64,000 nt of DNA from the human T2T-CHM13v2.0 reference genome, Homo sapiens: assembly GCF_009914755.1 (NCBI RefSeq), contig NC_060932.1. The stretch is one strand, 5' to 3'. This document shows positions 16,172 through 27,401 of the stretch, one piece after another. The notes under the pieces were generated by a model. That model had not been told where the DNA came from, ran no database searches, and saw nothing but the letters and a program-made list of their open reading frames with translations. The translations under genes and the position numbers were made by a program. Within the stretch, counting starts at the first letter, position 1; each line of letters begins with the position of its first letter.

Positions 16172-16889
16172 ACTTTTATTTCTAACAAACCTGTGGACCT
16201 TGGGGTTTAAGACTGAGTGAAGCTAGAAGGATTAGAGTCAAAAGAATTTTGCCATTTGGCCAATAGCATTCCCCACCTCCTGACATATCGATTTTTTTTC
16301 TAGATTCCCTTCCCCCTGCCACTCCCCTCCCCCCAACACACACACACTTTTCTCTTTCTCCTCTTTCTCTCCTTTCCTCCCTTGCTTCTCTCCCCTCCCT
16401 CTCAACACATTCAATGAGTGCCCTAAACGGTGACAAACTTGCATGTGCTTCCCTCATGACTAAACCCCTGGGCCTTCTGCCAATCCCCTGCAGATGGCCC
16501 CAAACTGCAGGCATCCCGTAAGGGGACCCCACGCTTGCAGCCCTGGTTGGAACGGTCAGGGTGGAGGAGGATGGTGGGGAGTGGTGGTGTCTTCGTCCTG
16601 GGAGAAGGCGAAGCAACTTCCAGGAGGAAACGGGCGTTTCCTTCCCACGCGCTCGAGCGAGCCCTGGGTCCTGGCCTCGGAACTCCACCCAGCCCCTCCC
16701 CACCCTCTGGGAAAAGCCAGTCGCCACACACAGGCACACGCAGGCCCCGGCGCCGCGCCCTAAGGAGAGCAGCACCCACAGCCAATTGCCATGGCAACCC
16801 CGGGGTTCGTTCCACTTCCCCACCCAGCCGATCTCCCCCCTCCTCCCTGCACTGCAGCCAACCGGCTTGTGCGCGTCCCAGGAGCGCGC

Positions 16890-16896
16890 TATAAAA
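16890..16896 (+). promoter_or_regulatory. TATA box of CCN3
   Basis: TATAAAA in GC-rich flanks, 115 nt upstream of the ATG. Implies a TSS near 16920. Confidence 0.85.
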
Positions 16897-17004
16897 CCTG
16901 TGCTGGGCGTGATCGGCAAGCACCGGACCAGGGGGAAGGCGAGCAGTGCCAATCTACAGCGAAGAAAGTCTCGTTTGGTAAAAGCGAGAGGGGAAAGCCT
17001 GAGC

Positions 17005-17088
17005 ATGCAGAGTGTGCAGAGCACGAGCTTTTGTCTCCGAAAGCAGTGCCTTTGCCTGACCTTCCTGCTTCTCCATCTCCTGGGACAG
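17005..17088 (+). CDS. CCN3: CCN3/NOV coding exon 1 (signal peptide)
   Basis: ATG at 17005 (gagcATGc) reads MQSVQSTSFCLRKQCLCLTFLLLHLLGQ, the recognised CCN3 N-terminus. Donor CAG|GTAAGT at 17089. Confidence 0.98.
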
Positions 17089-17215
17089 GTAAGTGGCACA
17101 CCCTTAAGATGCCCCCAAGTTACTTTGCCCGCCTTGGTGGCCCCCATTTGGTCACCGGGCTCACTGCGTCTTCTGTCCCAGCTGAGTGGTTTCTCCTTGT
17201 CTCGCCTGCCTTCAG

Positions 17216-17441
17216 GTCGCTGCGACTCAGCGCTGCCCTCCCCAGTGCCCGGGCCGGTGCCCTGCGACGCCGCCGACCTGCGCCCCCGGGGTGCGCGCGG
17301 TGCTGGACGGCTGCTCATGCTGTCTGGTGTGTGCCCGCCAGCGTGGCGAGAGCTGCTCAGATCTGGAGCCATGCGACGAGAGCAGTGGCCTCTACTGTGA
17401 TCGCAGCGCGGACCCCAGCAACCAGACTGGCATCTGCACGG
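17216..17441 (+). CDS. CCN3: CCN3 exon 2 (IGFBP domain)
   Basis: Acceptor ttcag| and donor G|GTAAT. Encodes [11 protein letters not shown]...[16 protein letters not shown]...TGICT with the IGFBP GCxCC motif. 226 nt. Confidence 0.98.
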
Positions 17442-18529
17442 GTAATCCTGCTCCCTCTGCTGTTTGACCTCTTCTCCTGCAGCTAAGTGAAGCTGCTTCC
17501 TCCCTTCTCTTTTGTATTCCCCTTCCCAGAGGGCGATAAGCAAATAATAATAATGCAATAAATGACATGTATAGAGCACTTACTGTGTGTCAGGCATGGT
17601 TTGGGGAGCACTTGGGGCTTTGGGGAGCGCCAGAGCCAGAAAGGAAACCTGCCCTGGGGGTGAAAGGCATTCCTCACTTGGCTTCCTAGACAAGAATCTA
17701 AGCAAAGGGGGAGCCACGCAGAGTTAAGGGCCAGTGAAGTCATTTCCTTCGGACACTTCTAGGGGGCCACTTGGGGCTGATGGAAGCTCGGGTTTACTCA
17801 CACGCTCACAGTTTCCCAAACTGCAGTTGGGGAAAACCCAGCAGGTTTGTTTTCACACCTGTAATTGTCCCATTTGAACCAAAGCAGCTGCTAGTCTCCT
17901 GGGATAACTATGTAACCCTTTTCTGGCTGCAAGTAAAATAAAATGCAGGCAACTAGCCAATCCAGGCTTCTAAAACGTAATCAGTCGGGGATCAATTTTT
18001 CACATGATACAACATTGTAGTTGAAGATTGTCCCTTCCTTTCTGGACAGGAGGGCTTTTACTTTTTTCTCTAAGCTACTGATGATTTTATTATGCTTGAG
18101 TGTCAAGGAATCTTAATGCCCTTCCCAATTTGATCAGCTAACCTGTTGGAAAACATAAAGTACACTTTTTCTCTTTTTAAGTCTAAGCTGCTGGAGTAGG
18201 AAACTCTAAGGAGGTTCTCGCAAAATGACTGAACATTGGGAAAAATGGCCAGGGGACCTTGGGGACATCACTTCACAGTTGCACACCTCTTTCCTCATCC
18301 ATAAAATGAGTGGCAAGACTAGATGATCTTGAAGGTTTCTTCTTGCTCTGAGAGGCCTCCATGAGGACATCACTCTACAGTAGATACATGAGAAACCAGA
18401 TCGCCTGAACTAGAAAAGGACTTGGGTTTTGGAACATGCCCTCCAAATCTTACATAGCTTCTTCACTGTATTGTGTTCTTGTTTTTCCTCTTCCTCTTTG
18501 CTTTTCACTTTGCTTCCCCAATATTCTAG

Positions 18530-18781
18530 CGGTAGAGGGAGATAACTGTGTGTTCGATGGGGTCATCTACCGCAGTGGAGAGAAATTTCAGCCAAGCTGC
18601 AAATTCCAGTGCACCTGCAGAGATGGGCAGATTGGCTGTGTGCCCCGCTGTCAGCTGGATGTGCTACTGCCTGAGCCTAACTGCCCAGCTCCAAGAAAAG
18701 TTGAGGTGCCTGGAGAGTGCTGTGAAAAGTGGATCTGTGGCCCAGATGAGGAGGATTCACTGGGAGGCCTTACCCTTGCAG
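18530..18781 (+). CDS. CCN3: CCN3 exon 3 (VWC domain)
   Basis: Long pyrimidine tract plus tag|. Encodes (A)VEGDNCVFDG...CKFQCTC...GECCEKWIC. Donor CAG|GTGAG. 252 nt, phase consistent. Confidence 0.98.
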
Positions 18782-19602
18782 GTGAGAAACTCAATATACC
18801 TAGGGCTGGTCATAGTAGAGGGTAAATACAAACATGAAGAATTTGCAATCTCTTGGATTTGAAAAGAGAAACTGGCCTCAGTTTCTGGTCATTCAGTTGT
18901 GGGTTTCAGGTTGCCCACTGAGATCAAACACATTTGTAGACATTAGATCAAACATATTTATAAACTCAAACTAAGTTATAGAAGGTTGCTGCAATTTCTC
19001 CTGAAGAGGACCTCCCAAATTCACTCTTTTGTCTTATTTTTGTCTTATTGGATGACTACTACTTGTATTTTAATCCATCCCACTTGACCCTCATTAGCAC
19101 TACAAAGACAAAATTTTAAATTCTCTTTCTTTTCTGGATTCTGTACACTACCTAGGCCGTCTCATGATTAACCTCCTTAAAGAAGGCTACTCATCCCTGC
19201 ACAGGTGTCACTGAAAAGTGTCATCTTTCTAGATGCTGTAGTAAGGCTCAGATGGCACTTCAGGACCTTTTTTTATTCTTATTTTTGTTTTCTCTTATCA
19301 ATGAAATAGTTTAAATAAAAAATCTCAAGAGACAATAGAGGATTATTTTAGAAGCCATTAATTAGCCAGATTACTTATATTAGCAGTATCCGGAATTGTA
19401 TACTATTTCTGAGGGCAGACATTATCAGCCATGCCAGAAATAAATAAATAGATAAATAAATTCAGTTCTGTGTCCTGGGAGCATGGGTGTTTAGTAGGTA
19501 CAGAGTCGAATGAGACCCAGTTTCTAATAATGGCTGAAAAGGACCACTTTCCAATCCTCACATTGTACCTAATATGGCTGTCTTTATTTATACATCCCAT
19601 AG

Positions 19603-19817
19603 CTTACAGGCCAGAAGCCACCCTAGGAGTAGAAGTCTCTGACTCAAGTGTCAACTGCATTGAACAGACCACAGAGTGGACAGCATGCTCCAAGAGCTGT
19701 GGTATGGGGTTCTCCACCCGGGTCACCAATAGGAACCGTCAATGTGAGATGCTGAAACAGACTCGGCTCTGCATGGTGCGGCCCTGTGAACAAGAGCCAG
19801 AGCAGCCAACAGATAAG
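19603..19817 (+). CDS. CCN3: CCN3 exon 4 (TSP1 domain)
   Basis: Acceptor catag|. Encodes (A)YRPEATLG...[18 protein letters not shown]...PTDK. Donor AAG|GTAGG. 215 nt. Confidence 0.98.
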
Positions 19818-20639
19818 GTAGGAGCCTGGAGGAAACCTCCCATCCTGAAGGTAATGGCCTTGTGTCCTTGGAGCCTGGGCTTCAGAAAGTCACTGTGTCA
19901 CTCTGTGACGGAGAGAGCAGCTATAGCGGGGAGTTAACCCCAGAGAAAAGGCAGTGGGGTTCTTGAAGCCAGCCTATCTTCTTTTTTCTCTTTAACATAT
20001 TGAAATACTCTAAGCAACTCACAGTACACCCTCAGGTAAAGAGGGAGAGGGACCGGAAAACTATAATGCTTTTCCCAATAGAGAATGGTCTAGCAAATCC
20101 CATTCCATTCCTGGAGAAAACTGGCTACAGTTGTCAAGCACAGCTGATTCTAAAGAGGTCACTTCTGACCTCAGTTCTCTTTATTCGTCAGGTTCTGTAT
20201 GTATGGGTAGAGGCCATGTGGGTCTTACCTCTCAGTCCTCAGCTTTCTACCTGGCAGATATTGTGTGCGTGATAAACAACTGTTGATAAATAAGCGAGTG
20301 ACTGTCTGGGAATTATTGTTGGTATTTTTAAAAACCTAGTGGAAATAATACATTTGCCAGCATAAAGCAATATGGGCCAAATAAAACAGCACATATCTTT
20401 TTATTTTTTTTTTGTTGGAATTACATCAACTCAGTATGTTAACACTGAATGTGAGACGTGCAGTTCAGAAGCTCTGATTGGTTGCTGATGACATCACAGG
20501 CCTTGTTACCAGAGCCCTATATCAGAAAAATGCAATACCCAATTTGAACCATTATATGGATCCTTATACAAACCTAAGACTAAAATAAAACAGCCCTTAG
20601 CAATTCAAGATTTACATATCTTGACACTGAAGCAATATC

Positions 20640-20875
20640 ATCTAATGCGTAAGAGGACAACTGTGGAGCCAGACAGCTTGGCTTCAAATTCTGTCTTTCC
20701 ACATGAACCAGCTATGTAATCTTGGGCAATTTTCTTAACCTCTCAGCCTCAATTCCTTCTCCCACATAATGGGGCGGCTGAAAGTACCTACCTTAACTTG
20801 TCACGATGATTACATAGAATGAATTTGCAAAATGCTGGGTATAGATTAAGTACTCTGTTAACAGTAGCCACCATT
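20640..20875 (+). mobile_element. MIR in intron 4
   Basis: MIR core: ctatgtaatcttgggcaattttcttaacctctc. Confidence 0.7.
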
Positions 20876-21431
20876 ACTTATGATTTCTATTTACTGGTAA
20901 AATAAGAGTCCCTAGTGGTTGCATTAGTTATATGGCTGCTTAGCTATATAATTTTTGGAAGTCCATCCTAACTTTACTTTTCTTCCACCAGTTTAGAAAG
21001 AACACCTAGAAACACCTTATCCCTAAAATTATATCCTAGGAGATGCACTTCCCCACGCTCAGAGGAATTCAAACATATATCTAACATAGTCATATAGGTT
21101 CACCCACATAAGCAGTCTCACATACAAACACATACACACACATAGGAATGTTGTTATCCTGTACCATTTTGTGGGTGTTGACAAGAATACACGCTAAATA
21201 TTAAATTGAAAAAGTAAGAAGAAGTCCTTAAATATTTTCAATAGCACAGCAACTTCTTTATTAAACAAGATGTTTCCATTTAATGCCTCTAAGATGTGGC
21301 TTTTTCTATTGTGTCATTTTGCAAAATTTGTATTTTTTCTTGTAACTTGAATCTTCTTTAATATTTGGATATGTTATTTTAAAGATGGTTATTTATAGTA
21401 TACATATTTTATAAAAATTGTACTAGTATAA

Positions 21432-21967
<536 letters not shown>

Positions 21968-22446
21968 ATTTAAGATAATTCCAAGTCTAATCACCCCACA
22001 AGCTGTGGGTCATGCCTATGAAGGTGAACAGTGGATAACTGTAGGAAATTAGTAGATTAAGAAATATAAGTAAGAAATAAAATATAGCCAATTCTTTGCT
22101 GAATTATCAACATTGGGCCTCTTCATTTATCATTACTAATACAATCTTGAAAACATTCTCCACTTTATTTGCCTCCATGCAAATTCCATGTCTTGGAATT
22201 TCCTGGGTTCATCACGTAATAGAAAGAATGGGCTTTGTACAGACAAATTCAAATATTAGATGTTTTCTGATCCCTTTAGGTCTTTGAGACTCAGTTTCTT
22301 CATCTGTAAAACTTGGGCAATTGTTCTTTCTATGAATGATTATTTCTTGTATGAATGAACACTGTTAATAAGGTTGAGTTAATGTTTGAAGAGTATTTGA
22401 AACATAAAATAATGCCAGATTTATAAACATTCTTTTTATAACATGT

Positions 22447-22865
22447 TGTATTAGTCCATTTTCAAACTGCTATGAAGAACTACCCAAGACTGAGTAATTT
22501 ATAAAGAAAAGATGTGTAATTGCCTTACAGTTACACATGGCTGGGGAAACTTCAGGAAACTTACAATCATGGCAGTAGGTGAAGGGGAAACAAAACACAT
22601 CTTACATGGCAGCAGGACAGAGAGAGACAGAGAGAGAGAGAGAAAGAGAGAGAGAAAGGCAGAAAGAGAGAGAGAGAGACAGTGAGAGGGGAAGTGCCAC
22701 ACTTTTAAACCATCAGATCTTGTGAGAACTCACTATCACGAGAACAGCAAGGGAAAAATCTGCCCCCATGATCTAATTACCTCCCACCAGGCCCCTCCTC
22801 TGACACGTGGTGATTACAATATGAGAAGAGATTTGGGTATGAACACAGAGAACCAAACTGTATCA
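22447..22865 (-). mobile_element. Solo MaLR LTR (MSTA/THE1-like) in intron 4
   Basis: TGTATTAG...TATCA termini; 5-bp TSD CATGT/CGTGT; internal (GA)n. Confidence 0.9.
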
Positions 22866-23307
22866 CGTGTAAAAATCCATTTGGCTAAAAATGACACCAA
22901 AGCATGTTACAGTGTCTTAAAAGATAGGTTTTGTTATGCTTTCACCTGCATGCTCATCTCCTCAATGTCAAAAGACCATTATGTACAATTAGGCAAGGTG
23001 TTTACATTCCAGGAAGAAAGGAAAATGAATACAGGAACAATAAAGAATTGTACCTACTCAAAGGGCAAAGAATTTCCCAGATTCTCTTGGCCAGAACTTT
23101 GCCACAAGGTTATCCCAAGTCCCACATAGTCTGTGGAAGCAAATACTTTTAGCTGACTACATTGCTCAAGCAAAATTAATGTTCTGATAGCAAAGAAGAA
23201 AGACCAATAGATATTGGGTGGGCAACTAGCAGGTAATTCCATACTCTAAAATTGTCCCTCAGGGGAATGGTAGCCATTCAATACATCACTTCTTTTTTCT
23301 TTCTTAG

Positions 23308-23604
23308 AAAGGAAAAAAGTGTCTCCGCACCAAGAAGTCACTCAAAGCCATCCACCTGCAGTTCAAGAACTGCACCAGCCTGCACACCTACAAGCCCAGG
23401 TTCTGTGGGGTCTGCAGTGATGGCCGCTGCTGCACTCCCCACAATACCAAAACCATCCAGGCAGAGTTTCAGTGCTCCCCAGGGCAAATAGTCAAGAAGC
23501 CAGTGATGGTCATTGGGACCTGCACCTGTCACACCAACTGTCCTAAGAACAATGAGGCCTTCCTCCAGGAGCTGGAGCTGAAGACTACCAGAGGGAAAAT
23601 GTAA
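23308..23604 (+). CDS. CCN3: CCN3 exon 5 coding part (C-terminal cystine knot)
   Basis: Acceptor ttcttag|. Encodes KGKKCLRTKKS...FCGVCSDGRCCTP...ELKTTRGKM, stop TAA at 23602-23604. Exon sum 84+226+252+215+297 = 1074 nt, or 357 aa. Confidence 0.98.
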   Translation, partial: KGKKCLRTKKSLKAIHLQFKNCTSLHTYKPRFCGVCSDGRCCTPHNTKTIQAEFQCSPGQIVKKPVMVIGTCTCHTNCPKNNEAFLQELELKTTRGKM

Positions 23605-24915
23605 CCTGTCACTCAAGAAGCACACCTACAGAGCACCTGTAGCTGCTGCGCCACCCACCATCAAAGGAATATAAGAAAAGTAATGAAGAATCACGATTTC
23701 ATCCTTGAATCCTATGTATTTTCCTAATGTGATCATATGAGGACCTTTATATCTGTCTTTTATTTAACAAAAAATGTAATTAACTGTAAACTTGGAATCA
23801 AGGTAAGCTCAGGATATGGCTTAGGAATGACTTACTTTCCTGTGGTTTTATTACAAATGCAAATTTCTATAAATTTAAGAAAACAAGTATATAATTTACT
23901 TTGTAGACTGTTTCACATTGCACTCATCATATTTTGTTGTGCACTAGTGCAATTCCAAGAAAATATCACTGTAATGAGTCAGTGAAGTCTAGAATCATAC
24001 TTAACATTTCATTGTACAAGTATTACAACCATATATTGAGGTTCATTGGGAAGATTCTCTATTGGCTCCCTTTTTGGGTAAACCAGCTCTGAACTTCCAA
24101 GCTCCAAATCCAAGGAAACATGCAGCTCTTCAACATGACATCCAGAGATGACTATTACTTTTCTGTTTAGTTTTACACTAGGAAACGTGTTGTATCTACA
24201 GTAATGAAATGTTTACTAAGTGGACTGGTGTCATAAACTTTCTCCATTTAAGACACATTGACTCCTTTCCAATAGAAAGAAACTAAACAGAAAACTCCCA
24301 ATACAAAGATGACTGGTCCCTCATAGCCCTCAGACATTTATATATTGGAAGCTGCTGAGGCCCCCAAGTTTTTTAATTAAGCAGAAACAGCATATTAGCA
24401 GGGATTCTCTCATCTAACTGATGAGTAAACTGAGGCCCAAAGCACTTGCTTACATCCTCTGATAGCTGTTTCAAATGTGCATTTTGTGGAATTTTGAGAA
24501 AAATAGAGCAAAATCAACATGACTGGTGGTGAGAGACCACACATTTTATGAGAGTTTGGAATTATTGTAGACATGCCCAAAACTTATCCTTGGGCCATAA
24601 TTATGAAAACTCATGATCAAGATATATGTGTATACATACATGTATCTGGTTTGTCAGGCTACAAGGTAGGCTGCAAAATTAAATCTAGACATTCTTTTAA
24701 TGCCACCACACGTGTTCCGCTTCTCTCTTTTAAAGTATTTATAAAAATATAAATTGTACATTTTGTAAAATATTATGTTTGATTTCTCTACTTGTCATAT
24801 CACTAAATAAACACGATTTTATTGCTGCGTGACTCTGTATTACTTTGGTGCATAAAAGTTGAACATTGTTGTTTACTGAAAATAAAATTAAAATTTATGA
24901 ATTAAATGAGACATC
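23605..24915 (+). other. CCN3: CCN3 3' UTR (end approximate)
   Basis: Repeat-free AU-rich sequence after the stop with several ATTTA motifs, ending in clustered polyadenylation signals. Confidence 0.8.
24806..24906 (+). terminator. Polyadenylation signals
   Basis: AATAAA at 24806-24811 and 24881-24886; ATTAAA at 24887-24892 and 24901-24906. Confidence 0.8.
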
Positions 24916-27298
24916 AATCAATAGCATCTATTGAAAGCAAAATGAGTATTTCTGGATGAGCTTACAACTTCTTATCAGAAGGGAAACAAAAGACAACTCA
25001 GTATTCCTGAGTTAGATGTTCCTCACCATCACAGCCTCAACTAGCCTCCACACTACTTACCCAGACCCTCATCTCAAGCCCTGATCTTTTTTTTTCTGGA
25101 CAGCCCGCTAGACACCTCTGTATATTGAAATTTAAACTTGTTATCTGACCAAACAAAATTCAGCTCTGTGGCTTCCTCATCTAATCAAAGGGCATCCCAT
25201 CCTCCCAATTGCACGGCTTAAATGGCCAGCACTTTCTTGATCAGTATTATCTTGCCAAGTACCCAGAAAAGCATATTTCCATTGATCATGGGGAATTGCG
25301 TGACAAACTGGGCTGCACACTGGGCAGAGTCACAGTTAATAGAAGTTTTGTGTTTGGAAGCTTCTTGCTGATGCAGTGTGGCTCTCAAGTTCTATAATTT
25401 GTAAGGAAAAATCTTTTCAAAAGAGTTTTACTATTACCAACTTCACTTCCTGGGTCTGCCCCCTCCTTTCTGCACCTCTCTTTAGCTAGTTTCTGTTTGT
25501 CCTTTAAGATGGATTAGAAAGCAACTTTGCCTTCTAGGAGTTTATTCACACGAAATTATCAAGGACAGCAAACATTTATTGCACAACAGCATTGTGCTGA
25601 GAGCTGTACTTGCATTATATTGTTTAATTGGCACAATAGTCCTATGAAGTAGGCATTCTTCATGTACCCATGTTATGGATGAGGAAACCAAAAAAAAAAA
25701 AATGTTAAAAGAAACTGGTGGATCTAGAATTCAAACCAAAGTCCTTTTACTTTCTACTTGCTAACATATGGATCCTGGCAAAGATGATCTATCTTCAGAC
25801 TGTTCTACCATGTGTTGTTCATAAAGGCAAAAAAAAAAATAGAAACAAAGATTCCACAGTGTAGATCTGGCTACATTAATTATAGTATACCCGTTAGGAT
25901 GAAAAACAAAGCAATCTTCAAACTGAGAATATAAGAAAAGATATCCGAAAATATACCACAGAATGGCATGAAACTAGGAAAAGAGTGATTTGGTTTTGTT
26001 CAAAAGTATCTATGAACATGAATCAAAAGAGACCTAGGACAGAACGTGTAACAAAATCTGATTAGTGATTTAGACTAACGTCAGACTAGTCTCATTTTTG
26101 TTCTTTTCTGTCATTTCTTTACCAACTTTTTTTTAAAACTGTGAATATACTACCTTTATCACCAGAAAAACAAAAATTAAGGCTGACTTATGTCCCTTCT
26201 GGCATAGTTCTTGCACTGCTACTTACTCATATAGAGATGGCTGCTCCTTCCAGCAGCTAAAGCATTTGTTAAGTCATTCACTTTGTTCATTCAAAAACTA
26301 CTTACTGATTGCTTCTATGTGCCTAGCATTGTTTTAGATCCTGGGAACACAGCCATGAGTAAAATAAACAATAAAAATAAACACGTTCTCTCTTCTTCCT
26401 GAAATTTACATAACGCTGTTGGGAAAGGCAGGCAAAAAAGCAGCAAACAAAGAAGGTGAATTTCAAACAATGTGTAAATAAATCTGTGAGGATCATCAAA
26501 ACAGAGTGATAACATAGAAAACTTCTGGGTGGCTAATTTAGCTTGAGGCAAGGAAATTCTTTCTAAAGAGGTGACATTTCATCAGAATGACAAAGAGAAA
26601 GAATCTTCCAGTGAGAGGTAACATCTATTGTAAAACAAAACGAAACAAAACAAAAACAGTGTCAGGGAGTATTAAGGAAGATCCATGAGGCTAGAGTACA
26701 GAATAGGAGGAGAGGTGGGAGATGATGTATCTGCAGGGGCAAGAGTATCAGGACTTGCCTCTGTCATCATAGTTCTCACAGTATTTTACAACCAATTCTC
26801 TATACCCCCATTATGAGCATCTTGAGGCCAGCATTTTAGTCCTCTGTATCTGCCCAAGTCCCTGACACACAGTAAGACCTCACTGTGCATACCTGTTGAA
26901 TGAATGAATAAATATATGAATGAATGGTCTCTGCACTGGCAGAAGAATGTTCTTTGAAATAAATGTTAGACTATCATTTTCGTTATCACCATCACCTGGA
27001 GAGCTCTCCAACATACATAAACACACATGCATGCATTCCCGAAGTTATAATTAAAGGCAGTCAGAAAATGTGATCTGATGTACAAATATTTGCAAATTTC
27101 GGAACATTCTAGTAACACAGCAAGGCAGGAAACATTGACTGAGCAGAGTTTAGGGCTGCAGAAAGAGCACAGGCTTGAGAATTATCCAAGCCTGGGTCTG
27201 AATGCCAGGCCTACTCTTTCCCAGCTATGGGATACTGGGCTCTCTGCACAGTCTCTGGAGCTCAATTTTCACATCTGTAAGATGAGACCATGTATGGA

Positions 27299-27401
27299 TA
27301 GGGTGACCGACTGCTCCAGTTTATCTCGTTTTAGGAGTCAGGACTTTTCAGTTATAAAATCAGGACAGTCCCAGGCAAACTGGGAGAAGTTGGTCACCCT
27401 A
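27299..27401. mobile_element. MER81-like hAT MITE inside a MIR
   Basis: Perfect TIRs TAGGGTGACC / GGTCACCCTA, about 100 bp. Confidence 0.75.

Larger units (their letters stand above)
16600..17450. promoter_or_regulatory. CpG island / proximal promoter over exons 1-2
   Basis: Visible GC and CpG enrichment against a CpG-poor, AT-rich background. CCAAT at 16782-16786 and C-rich Sp/KLF-like tracts. Confidence 0.85.

Noticed and set aside
16561-17004. In-frame upstream extension of the CCN3 ORF
   Set aside because: It starts at a GTG upstream of the TATA box, outside the likely transcript, and would bury the signal peptide.
16182-17579. 465-aa minus-strand ORF antisense to the CCN3 promoter and exons 1-2
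   Set aside because: Non-ATG start, no recognisable domain, R/G/P-rich. Long stop-free frames are expected in a CpG island overlapping coding exons.
19603-19609. Alternative acceptor AG 7 nt into exon 4
   Set aside because: Use would frameshift; the upstream AG gives the recognised protein.
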